Positions 28,526 to 39,622 of a stretch of 64,000 nucleotides of DNA are shown here, piece after piece. The position numbers and the translations under genes were made by a program. A model generated the notes under the pieces. That model saw nothing but the letters and a program-made list of their open reading frames with translations, was not told the origin of the DNA and ran no database searches. Every line of letters begins with the position of its first letter. The first letter of the stretch is position 1. This stretch comes from Novakomyces olei (taxonomy: Eukaryota), in contig JADEYG010000007.1 of assembly GCA_016906335.1 (NCBI GenBank), forward strand, positions 496,001 through 560,000, in the 5' to 3' direction.

Positions 28526-28886
28526 CGGTAGGTCGTGTGAGTTGGGGCTTTTCAAACGTGAAAACTCGATCGATATTGAATTGTCGTCAAATTGGATCAG
28601 GAGATAAAAGATGGGAAACGTTCTAGATGAGGCCCATTTTCTGTTGAGACGTAAAAAGGCTAGTTATCTTGAAAATTTCAGAATTAGAAGCTACTAATCA
28701 AACCAAACTGTATTGTTATATGGCCGTTGATTACTATTTCACCAAACTGATTGCTAAAATCTTGCCAGCACAGCGTAAAACTTTTACATTGAAAGCCTTT
28801 GGTAAACCTGTATAAGCCAAACTACTATTATAAATAAAAATATCGCAATTCAACGCCCACATGTATTACTTGACCCCAATCCAATG

Positions 28887-29708
28887 CTATGCTTCCCAAG
28901 ACTTTTCTACCGTCTGCTTGACCCGACGCACGTACTCTTTGCGATTGTCATTATGAAGATTCGCCGCCTCTGCATTAGCAGGTGACGCATTGTTTGGATC
29001 GTTGAGGAGACTAGAGCCATTATTAGTGTATTCCTTGCCAAAGGTTTGTCTGTTGCTTGCAATTTTGTTTATAATCTGATAGCAAGAGATATTTACTTTG
29101 CTTGCATCTTTATTTTTCTGACTCTTCTAACTCTTGTGTTTCTTGTATTTCTTCCGTTTCTTGTGCTTCGTATTCTTTAAATTCTAATTATGTAGATTTA
29201 TCCAATCCGCTTACCTCTGAACCGAGGTTAGTATTGCAGCCACATCGTAAGTAGGGCTCCAACGGTTCTGCAGAATATCCAAGCAAAGCTCTCCGCTCGC
29301 ATAAACGTTCGGATGAAACTAACGTGTGAGCATAACACTGTCAGCAGTTGTATACCATCTCTGAAATAAACTTCACTTGTGGAGGTTTGTTCGGGTACTG
29401 TTCATCAAAGACCATTGTCAATCGGAAAGTGCCATCTTCAAACGGAGTATCCGCGGGACCAATAATAACGGCATTCCTGAAGGCATTAGCACCCGCAAAA
29501 AACCATCACACGGCCAGCTTACCAGACCATAACATTATCCGCCACTGGCGACGCTGAGACACCGGCCGGAGGATCTTGCTGCATTCGCTGAAACCCGTTA
29601 ATGCCGTCTTGCAGGGAAAACAAATAATAATAAAACGTCTTTAACGCTCCGCTCTAATCATCATACTTTAAGGTCTCTCATCAGCCGCTTCTTGGCGGCC
29701 GTCGACAT
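28887..29708 (-). CDS. RAD6: Ubiquitin-conjugating enzyme Rad6/Ubc2 (5 exons)
   Basis: [63 protein letters not shown]. Confidence 0.96.
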
Positions 29709-30248
29709 CGTGAGAGCGGTCAGCGGCACAAGTGACTACACTACCGACAAGGTGCTCGTAGGGCGAAGCACACGATACGGGATATGTATAGAGCCAGATC
29801 TTATGCCAATCATTATTAATAAAAAATGTTATTTTCTGAATAATAAATGCATTACCGTGCATTATACTGGTCCCGTGTGCGCAATGTGTTAGGGTTAGTT
29901 AGGGTTAAAGTATTCAGACGAATAATGAGTATTAATTAATATATTAACGCGCAGCTTTGCCGTGCAGGCAACGCGCCTGGCACTCTTGTTTATGCATGGG
30001 ATGTCGCCATAGGTATTGTTTTTCGGTCGTCGTCGGCAACGGTTGTGCCATTAAATGATTCATGGGTAAATACAGAGACGAATTTAGTGCTGGCTGCTAT
30101 AAGCAAAATAAAGCAAAAGGCCTACAAATTCCACGTCCATAGATCAATCATGCAAAGTCCCATATTTCCTTCCGATATTCATTATCTAAATGCTAATGCT
30201 CTGTATCCTCTATAACCCGTCTATTGTCTCGAGAACGGCCCTAAAAGT

Positions 30249-33133
30249 TCAAGAGCGTCTCTGGAAAAACCAGCCTGCTTTCGCATCTCTGTACACGCAA
30301 TTAGTACTCTCCGCATTGCATGCCGCTTACCTGTCCCCACTATCATCAAGCCCCGAATCCTGGGCCCCTCCGCCACGTAATGGCTTAGCGATCCGCGAGC
30401 CTGAAAGGTTTAATGCACTAGTAGTAGTGGCGAGACGATTCACTGTATGGTTAATATATGAAAGTTATTAGATTTTATAAATAGATGTAGCGTGTCCTTA
30501 CCTCTAGCCTGTTCCAGGCGTTCACGGACCGCCTGCAATTGTGATTCAAAGCGGGTGTTTTGCTGTGCAACTTTATCCTGTGCCTCTTGCAGAAGCGATT
30601 CCAAATGCTCAATGCGTTCGTTCCTCGCTGTTAATTTGCGATTGGCGATAGCAACGTCCTTTTTCAAAACAGAATTTTGCTCTACTAAACGTTTCTGCAC
30701 ACCAGTGAGCTGTTCCAGATTGCGTTCAAGAAAAGCCATCTTTTTCTGTTGCCCCGCATTGTTATTGCCTCTCAAAACGTTGTTGTACTGCTCTCTGGTT
30801 TCATCCAGACTCATTTCGAGCTCAACAATACGCTCACACCTGGTTTGAAGATCAACCATAAGCTTCGACTTCATTTTATCAAATTCCTGGATCTGTTTTT
30901 GTGCTAATTGTGAGCCCTCTGATCCGTCAGAGGCATTCGTACCGCTAATTACGCTTGATGGGGCTCTCATTAGTGCTTGCGTCTTTTCGTCCAGCTCTTT
31001 TCTTAGCTTTTGTAGTTGCTCGTCTTTCTCTTCTAGCCGGCGGGCATAAAGCGATTCGTACTCTCTTGCAACTTGCTCCTGCCCAGCGTCCAATAATTGG
31101 GAATGTAAATTATCCCCATATTTCGACTCTGACTTGTTCAACTCGTTTTCGAGTCGTGCTTTAGTTTGCTCGAATTGGGAAATATCTTCGTACTGTAACT
31201 TTAGTGATTCTGTTGCTCGCTTTAATGCGTCTTCGGTTCTGTTCAAGTTGGAGCGAATCTCGTTTAAATCTGCAGGAGAAGGAGGCTGCTCCGAGCTGCT
31301 TAACTTATCAATAAGCTGGTGGATTTCCATTAAGGAGCTGTCATCTTGCTCAAAGGTAGACATGAGTACTTTTATCTTTTCGGACTTGCGCTGTTCTTTA
31401 TCTTCTGCCGTTGAATCCACAAAACCCATACGAAGCTTCAATATGTTTTCTCGAAGCCCATCTAATTCCTTGTTCAAATCTCTATTGCTATCCTTCAGAG
31501 TGTCAATCATTATTTGAGCTTCTTCGCCCTCAAATGTAGTCTTCTCTAGCTGTCGCCTGAGTTCATTGTACTCGGTGTTTAAGGATTCAAAGGATTTGAC
31601 CACCTCAGAATCATGAGCCTTCAGAGTATTAAGTTCTGAGGTCAGTAGGTTTATCTGTTTCTCCTGCTCCAGCAATTGCGATTCTTTCTCTGAAATCTGA
31701 TCCTGCAATTCGTTCTCGCGTTTTAGAAACTCTTCTCTTTCATCCTGATCCATATTAGACGGTGCTGGTGTCGTTGCTCGTGCCGGTTGCACCAAAGTCA
31801 GGGCAGACTTTGAGCGGCTTTTCTTGTCTAACAAATTGACCCACTCGGACTGGTCTACTGTTCTTCCAGAATGCCATATCGAGAGCTCACCTTCTAGCCG
31901 CTCGTTGCACTCCTCCATGGCCATAAGAGAATCCTTGAGCGATCGAAGTTGAGCCTTGAGCTCAACTGGCGAAAGTTCAGCATTAATTTTCGCTTTATTC
32001 TTGATCGTTTTAGCCCGAGTGCCAAAGCGAAGAGTCGATAGTGTCTCTGTATCATTGTAACTGCAAGGCGAGCAGTTAATAATAAGAGTCGTTCTCGAGT
32101 TTCCGCCCAAGGACTCTTGCAGAATCCTCGTCAGTTTAGAGTCCCGGTAGGGAACATGTGTAGAACGGTTATCAGTTAAAGCATTTATTACCATTCCCAA
32201 TGCTGACAGAGACTTGTTTATTTTTTTGGCCTCTTCCAAAGTTTGACCACTGGCTCCGGTTTTCCCTACTTTTTCCGACCCTGCAAGATCTACCAGAAAT
32301 AGCTGCCCGCTCTTGGAGCCTCCGGTCTCAACGTTCTTTTGTGTTATCGTAACTACAAAGATTGAATGTGACCTTGAAGACTCTGTGTTCATATTCGTCG
32401 ATGCAACAGCGCGTGCTTGGCTACCACGTCGCATTACTTGCAAAACTTCCTGTACAGAAGACACATAAATCTCAAGTAAACCCTTAACGTATACGCCACG
32501 CGACTTTTCTTCGTGAACGGGAAGATTGTCATTCATAGGGTTAAGCAAATCACGGATGCGTTCCATGTAAATCTCCATAAATGACACTTTAACCGTGTAT
32601 TCGATATTCGCAGGAGAGGCCATAATGCTTTGAAATACCTGCTCAATAATCCGTGGAATTACACCTTTGCTTTGTGTGTCTTCTATGTCCGCCCCCTGTC
32701 GAGATTAGTGGTGGCTGGGCGTTGATCATTTGTAATTGGCAATACCATCATCGTATACGTTTTGCCAGAGCCAGTTTGGCCGTACGCAAAAACGGTACCG
32801 TTGTAGCCATTGAGCACGTCTAATGAGTTTAAGCATATAAGGAGAAATAAAATTTTCTTACCGTCAACCGTCGGCTTTATACTATAGTCAAAGATATCTG
32901 TCTGCCGTGACGAAGTTCCAAACACGCGGTCAAACGTAAACTCTCCATTAAACTCCCGCGCCTGCTGAATCAGTATTGAATTCTGTCTACTTTTTTTTTA
33001 TTACGTTTAGTTTGAGGCTGTCTGGCAAAGTGAAGCTGACGATACTATCGCCGCCTTCTCTGAGCTCAATTGCATTCGGTGGTCTAAACCGGCAAACAAC
33101 CTTGATCGTGTTGGAGCTCGAATTCAAGCTCAT
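30249..33133 (-). CDS. Kinesin-1 heavy chain (fungal conventional kinesin)
   Basis: [31 protein letters not shown], coiled-coil tail with [10 protein letters not shown] and IAKPLRGGG. Confidence 0.96.
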
Positions 33134-33814
33134 TACGGGCGGTTTTAACTAGCAATATAGAGCTGAACCGCAAATAAAGCGTGACTGCCAACTGCCAAAA
33201 TCCAAGTCCAGCGATCATAGACTTGCCGCTCACGGTTTTCAAATACTTTGATCCACCGCCAGCATCGTCATGTGACGCGCTACTTTTAATGTTTATTATC
33301 AATCAGCCTTTCTCCTCTTTGTTTATTGCAAGTAAGCTTAATGTCGTTCGCTGTATTTACTTTTATATAATTTACATTATCATCTAACGCACGCAGAGCT
33401 CTTTTTTTAGCCAATATTATTCATTTATTCATCCATACAAACATTAGAAATTATTATCAGCCATAATGAAAAACAAATTTGAAGTTAGCTATCGCAGCCG
33501 TATTGTCACACTCCCGAATTTACAAGTAATCTCAAAATGCTATTTGGCCTCTTTCCGGTTTTTGTGTGGGGGGTTGCGGCAAACTGTACGCTGCAAATTG
33601 CGAAACGAGGAAGCTGACGCTGATCAAAGTGGTGGGTGCAAGTCTCCGCGTTCAATTGTTTTTCATTTTTGTTTTACAGTGCTCAAAGGAAGATCGTACG
33701 AGCCGCAAGCGTATATTTCTCAATTTTCGGAAATGGCCTTTATCCTTCAATATATCCAGCTCTTGCAACGTTGACCTGAATGCTAATGTGAAAAGGGCTC
33801 GTTCACTGCGTCAA

Positions 33815-34954
33815 ATGAAGCTTTTACGGCGTAACCTCGAGCGCGATGGCTCAGGCACAATCAGCATGATCCCTGAAGAGCCAGAAGACATGTGGCACTT
33901 GTACAACATTGTACAAAAAGGCGACCAAGTAACGGCGAGCACGTTAAGACGTGTTCAGACTGAGTCGGCTACAGGGTCAACTTCGTCAGAACGCGTGCGT
34001 GTGACACTTTGTATTTCAGTGGAAAAATTCGATTTTGATACGGGTCAATTCGAGCTACATTTGGGTGGTAAAGTGGTCAATGAAAACAAATGGGTCAAGC
34101 TCGGTGCTTACCACACTCTGGATGTCCAGTTGAATACACAAGTTTCCCTGGCTAAACCTGAATGGGACTCTTATGCACTAGGATGTGTAAAAAATGCTTG
34201 TGACGCTTCTTCCCGGGCTGAAATAGGGGCTGTAGTGCTTCAAGAAGGCCTAGCAAATGTTTGCCTAGTTACAGAGTACATGACTCTCTTACAACTTCGG
34301 ATAGAAGCAAACGTGCCCCGAAAGCAAAAGGGGCAAACAACGGCTCATGATAAGGGTCTGACACGGTTTTTTGAGCAAGTTTTCCAAGCAATGCTGGCCA
34401 AATTCGATTTTAACAGGCTCAAGGTCGTTCTAATTGCCTCGCCTGGGTTTACAAATAGTGAATTGCAACGATTCATTTTTGAAAAGGCTACGCGCACTGA
34501 AAGTTTGAGCTGGCTCATTAAACAAAAGTCCAAGATTGTACTAGCACATTGTTCAACAGGCCACATTCATTCACTGAACGAAGCGCTGAAGAGTCCCGCT
34601 GTACAGGCTACGCTAGCCGACACAAAGTACGCAAAGGAAGTGCAAGTGCTTGACGATTTCTACCGGATGATGAACACGGATGAAGAGCGGGCATGGTATG
34701 GACCAGTGCCCGTACTCAAAGCAGCTGAACATGGAGCTATCGCGTCGTTGCTCCTGACGGATTCTCTTTTTCGCAGTCAGGATATTGCAACAAGGGCCAA
34801 ATACGTACAATTGGCAGACCAAGTTCGACAGAACGGTGGTAATGTCCATATTTTTTCCAGCCTTCATGAAAGTGGTAAACAACTGGATCAAATATCTGGC
34901 ATTGCAGCAATCTTGAGCTACCCCTTAGCCGATCTTGACGAGGACCTTGCTTGA
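33815..34954 (+). CDS. DOM34: Pelota/Dom34 ribosome-rescue factor
   Basis: ATG at 33815 (MKLLRRN), PEEPEDMWHLYN, GAYHTLD, IASPGF, HESGKQL..ISGIAAIL. Confidence 0.96.
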   Translation: MKLLRRNLERDGSGTISMIPEEPEDMWHLYNIVQKGDQVTASTLRRVQTESATGSTSSERVRVTLCISVEKFDFDTGQFELHLGGKVVNENKWVKLGAYHTLDVQLNTQVSLAKPEWDSYALGCVKNACDASSRAEIGAVVLQEGLANVCLVTEYMTLLQLRIEANVPRKQKGQTTAHDKGLTRFFEQVFQAMLAKFDFNRLKVVLIASPGFTNSELQRFIFEKATRTESLSWLIKQKSKIVLAHCSTGHIHSLNEALKSPAVQATLADTKYAKEVQVLDDFYRMMNTDEERAWYGPVPVLKAAEHGAIASLLLTDSLFRSQDIATRAKYVQLADQVRQNGGNVHIFSSLHESGKQLDQISGIAAILSYPLADLDEDLA

Positions 34955-35617
34955 AGTACCTCTTTCCGATATTTTTTTATTTATTATTGTGAGCTTCGAG
35001 TAAGCGCACGCTGAATCGTGTGTTTTAGATACCATTTTGATATGCTAGTGTGGATATGATAGTGTGTGATACGTTGGATGTACGTTGATCGATTCGCCTG
35101 AGCGGGCAAAGTACGAATTAGTAGTGATACCTTTGATTAATTGAGTCGCATAATGTAATCAGGCGCTTGCACTTTGAAACTGCTTTAGAAGTGTTGGTTG
35201 CAAAATGCAAATAATTGCCTCAGACTTTGGTTCAATTTCAATTTCTGACATCATTTTTGATCTTGGAGACAATCGTGTTTTCAGACCAGAGTCACAAAAA
35301 CGGGACTGCAATCTCAAAAGGAACCAAATCCAACGCTAAATAGTAATTTATATTATGCTGTATATCACAGAAACATGACTAGCAAGTAAAGCCTGTTACT
35401 TGTTTTGGCAGAATAGGCACGAAAACGTGCCCAGCTAATATAATCTGACCAATAATAATGCAGCATCGTGTCCCCTATATGACCCAAACAGGCTAATCGA
35501 AACGAAAACAGGATCGCCCTTGGTACGTTTTCGAGCCCAGGTCCTACTTTGGTAATCGAAGTTGAGGCATTTGAATGCTTTTGTGCTCGCTGTTAAATTG
35601 AGGCCCTTTCCTGAGGG

Positions 35618-35624
35618 TATAAAG
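35618..35624 (+). promoter_or_regulatory. TATA box (TATAAAG) upstream of the putative structured ncRNA
   Basis: TATAAAG lies about 20-30 nt upstream of the first strand of the terminal stem; no convincing protein gene follows. Confidence 0.5.
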
Positions 35625-35639
35625 CAAGGCGCTTTCGCA

Positions 35640-36430
35640 CTCTTGAATCTTCATCTTCCAAGATCCCGAGGACCGGACCACCCCCCCTCTTTGCTGGGCC
35701 CTGCTCCACTCAGGGATAACATCCTGGACTGAGGGTAGAGGCTAGTATTCCGCTTGGTGGAATGTTCATAACCAGGGGAAGGCTGCTGTCTCGTATGGGA
35801 TTTGTGAGGTTATTTGTGGATCTTCTTGCAATATCTTGGGGCAGTGGCCCCCTCCTCTGGGACTGCATGCTTCAGGCCCGGACCATATTCCGCTCAATTT
35901 TATTGGGGACAGGGGCTAGTTTTCCGCTGAAGGATGTTGGTGGCAGATTGAAGTTTGAGAGGTGAGTTCGACGGACTATTGGGACACGATTTTCCTTGAC
36001 CCACTGTCTTTTCCATATCTGCTGTGTCCGGCATAACCCTTGTTTCAACTTCGCAGCGATAATGGCTCGCTTGGAAGCTCTCAAACCTGGTGGTTATGCT
36101 GTCATGGTGGTGAGTGCTATGGACTGTTCAGCGTCTTGGTGGGACACCGCCTACTTAGTACTTCAGGCAGGACTCTATCGCTTGTGGCCCCCTGGCTTTC
36201 TCCAATGGCTATTACACGTTCGTGTTTTGGACAAGTACAGTGCTGCATGGTCTCCATTAGTTGCCAGTCATCATTTTCGATTTTGACAATCGACAAAGCC
36301 GACATTCCTCCTAATGGTTCATGGTGCCATCAAGTTCATCATGGACCAGTAGAAGGTTTGCCGGCACATTGCCATTGTCTAACTTTGTTCAACAATTTGA
36401 TTTGGAATTAAGGGAATTCAGGGGCTTTTT
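35640..36430 (+). ncRNA. Putative ~790-nt highly structured non-coding RNA, family unassigned
   Basis: Many nested stems with G-U pairs on the + strand, 5'/3' end pairing (35640-35661 with 36402-36424), upstream TATA, T5 at 36426-36430, and only short non-conserved-looking ORFs. Confidence 0.6.
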
Positions 36431-36607
36431 ATTGTTTTAAAAACGACTTATCAGGTACTCGTTACAAAGATTTCACTTCATTGATTTGCTATTCTACTTC
36501 GTTCATATTGATTCATAATACACGCTAACACTGCTAATTTGGACGGCGACAATGTTCACACAGGGTCAATTGAATAGATCTATTGTGAGTTCTAGCAGAC
36601 ATGAAAA

Positions 36608-37860
36608 TTACACAGAGGCGTTATGCAGTAGCGATAACGGAAGAAACGACTGCCGCAGCACTGACGCCAGAGGAGACGCTAAAAGTACGGCTAATGGCGT
36701 GAGATACGCCTGCACAACAATTTCCTTTACAGGACGTTCGAATTTACGGATATCCATGGCCGCACGAATAGCCGTGGCGAAAAACTAGATGTCAATCCAT
36801 CGGTGTTGAATACGGCTACCCGGAAATCACAAAACACTTCGTCGAGCCCGAGGCGCAAAAGGGTTTGCACAATAGCAGCAGATCCAGCAATGCCCGTATA
36901 GTGCCGTTGCTCCGGCAAAGATAGATCATTGACGTCAATACATCATGTTCTTTTAGCAGTATTAGCATTGTAGAAGAACACGTTAATAGCATAGACATGT
37001 TATGCTAAAGAATCATAAATGACGCAAAACGCAACCCAAACATAATTGAAAAATAAGAGACCCTACCACTGTGATCGAATGCAGAGACAAATGTGAAAGC
37101 AGTGCCATAAAATACCATAATTCGCCCCACATCTGCGGGATATAAGCAAAGAACTCGCATTTGCTCGTATTTTCCGTGGACGTTGAAACGAGAAATTTGC
37201 GTAGCACCATCAAATAGCTGCCATACTTTACAATCAAGCTTGAACTTCCATACCAGGTCAATGACGTAGCCCTTAAGCAATCGCCACAGGCGTGCGAACG
37301 CGACACGACCATTTAGCGCCCGCCTGCTCGCGTAGCAGTTTGGAATAAGAGAACCTGGAAATACGACGGCAGGCTGATGATGGTTAGATATTGACTAAAA
37401 TTGAAGAGATTTTTGTATATTTGAAATATGATAAACTGAGGCTTAAAAGTCAAAGATTCATATGCAATACCGCGTAAAAGACTCGGGCCCTGAATGATGC
37501 TGCCAGGTCCACAGCCAAAGGAGCCAATGCCAAAGGTAAAAGAGGCTACAAAAAAGTATATGTGTAGCCCAAAATTTGTGAGAGGCCTTTCAGCGCTGTG
37601 CTCTTCAGCGAGTACATAGCCGTAATCAATTTCTGTATTCACCGTATCGACCCGGTTCCTAGTAAAGCATGAATCGTGGCCGTAATCGTAGCGTCCACCC
37701 ACGCATGTAAGCGCAAATTGCTCCAAGAGAAAGGTATGGGTCCAGTACCTTGGCCTGAGTCCAATAGCAATGACGACTGCTTGCCTTCACCTTGATGAGA
37801 CACGAGTCGTCATGTTTCGGCAGCGAGACGCTGGTCCATTGACTCCATACAATAAACACG
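36608..37860 (-). CDS. Probable multi-exon hypothetical protein; exon structure unresolved
   Basis: A chain of minus-strand open frames. Acceptor TTGACATCTAG precedes an open terminal exon 36784-36608 (FFATAIRAAMDIRKFERPVKEIVVQAYL..). Confidence 0.3.
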
Positions 37861-37937
37861 TTTTATCTATTCAATTCTGTAAGTGCGCAACCTACCATAC
37901 TTTAAGGGCACAAAATGAACAGCCGTATTTGATATGC

Positions 37938-38726
37938 TTACAGCACTGTACCACCTCCATACCAGCAAGCACCATAAATTACGTGAACGTCGTCTGGGTG
38001 GACAACCCACTCGCTGCCGCAGCCCTCTTCACAAGCAATTAAATCGTCAAAAAACTGTGCCGGTAAGTCAGTGCATTCTCTAGTATAGCGAATTATAGTA
38101 CAGTGAGCAGACAGAGTAGTGTATCGCATCACTGGAGCAAGTTGCCGTTGCAGACAGGCATTGAACAAGTCGTAGCGTGCTAGTAAATGATTATATTCTG
38201 TCAGAGAAGTCTTGTCAATCCTCTTGTGTGCACTATCTTCCTTATTCTGTATTTCTCCAGGAATCCAGGTAACAGCCATAGCCTCCTTGTCCAGCATAAT
38301 TTTTGGCTTGACCAGCTTGAAAGCCCCTTTGATTTTAATCTCGTCCAGGTGTGGCTTCAATTGTGCAGCCAGACGCTCTATCTCTTCTGGTGCAGCTCCT
38401 GATTTCAGGTCCATTAGTGTAACATGCAAGTCCTGTGGACGAGTAGCAAAGACAGCGCCAGTAATCCCATAATCTTGAAATACACGGCAAACTGCTTGCT
38501 GCACACGCACCAATTGCTCCAGTATAGCGGTCGGACGGGCAATAAATATAAGCGAGTGCCTGGTATCTTTAATTTCTGGGTTGCTCAGCAATTGCGATAG
38601 CATTGGATCGGCATTTAATTTGCGCGTTTGCTTCAGCAGTGCCAGCTGCTGTGCTCTGCGTTTGCTGCGCGCACATTCGTAAGCATTTGCCACATCGTCT
38701 CTGTGCAAGCGAACCAATTCGTCCAT
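37938..38726 (-). CDS. 2H phosphoesterase (LigT / cyclic phosphodiesterase-like)
   Basis: Two HxT motifs (DLHVTL, SAHCTIIRY), D.R..L...ARP, and C-terminal WYGGG. Confidence 0.75.
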   Translation of the reverse strand: MDELVRLHRDDVANAYECARSKRRAQQLALLKQTRKLNADPMLSQLLSNPEIKDTRHSLIFIARPTAILEQLVRVQQAVCRVFQDYGITGAVFATRPQDLHVTLMDLKSGAAPEEIERLAAQLKPHLDEIKIKGAFKLVKPKIMLDKEAMAVTWIPGEIQNKEDSAHKRIDKTSLTEYNHLLARYDLFNACLQRQLAPVMRYTTLSAHCTIIRYTRECTDLPAQFFDDLIACEEGCGSEWVVHPDDVHVIYGACWYGGGTVL

Positions 38727-39622
38727 CGGTTATGTGTGGGATGCTCGTGTGCAATTATTTATGTATACTATGCCCGCAGTATATTATATACATTTTTATA
38801 CTGCTTGAATAAATTAAATGAAGGTCCATTAGTCACGATAGGAGTCGCTAGATAACGAGCGAGCGATATCAGTCGGCCAGGGTTTAGGGTTTGTGGATAA
38901 GAACAGCATATGGCAATTGAACCCAGCCTTGACGCATTTCAGACATTAAGTTGTATGGCCTTCAATGACCGAAAATCGTCACATTAGTGCCATGCAGACG
39001 TGTATAAACGTGGAGTGGAGGTTGTGGCTTTTCTCCTAAAGATGCCAAGACCTACGAGTACTGTGCAGAGTAAAAAATAATGGTTATTGTATATCTAAAT
39101 ATGCAAAACGCATGCACTGCAAGAAATATTTGCCAGCTCTGTAACATTTGGTGTTTTACGAACCAGACAGAGTCTTCGCCTTACGCGATATAATGATACT
39201 CAATATAAAATTTCCATTATTTGCATTCGCCATTGTTTGTATTTGCCATTATTTTTATCTGCCATATAGTCTACTCTACAAAGCTTTTTAGCCTTATAGC
39301 GAACGCGGCCCGCTTAGACAAAGCGTACGCGGTAGCAGTAATATTTCTTGAATTTCATTTCAATCTGACTTGACGTGTCTCACCGGTCCAGGAGAATGGG
39401 CAGGGAATAAGGCTACCGTACTAAAGTAATCAGCCACTATATACTGCAAGTAACATTGGTGCCAGCAATTGGCATGATACGAAGCCCGAAACGCTGCATT
39501 GTAATCGGCTCGCCTTAAGCGTCTAACAAGAATAGCCATTTTCCTTTAAACCGCTGACCCTTTCCCGCACCTTGTCAAAGAGGTCATTGACGGAAGTGGC
39601 TGCCGTTCTGCGAGTATAAACA

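Noticed and set aside
33566-33814. N-terminal extension of the DOM34 ORF from a GTG
   Set aside because: Pelota homology starts at ATG 33815; the extension is probably 5' UTR.
36297-36371. snR30/U17 identity for the structured RNA (ACATTCCT resembles m1)
   Set aside because: The m2 motif AAACCAU and an H box are absent.
35762-36411. Short ORFs (62-123 aa) over the structured region
   Set aside because: Overlapping frames, mostly non-ATG starts, no recognisable motifs; RNA structure explains the region better.
35659-36430. RNase P/MRP identity (AAGATCCC with GGGGCTT as a P4-like pairing)
   Set aside because: Wrong bulged base and position, no P1-P3 upstream and no recognisable CR-IV/CR-V. 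Not formally excluded without a covariance search.
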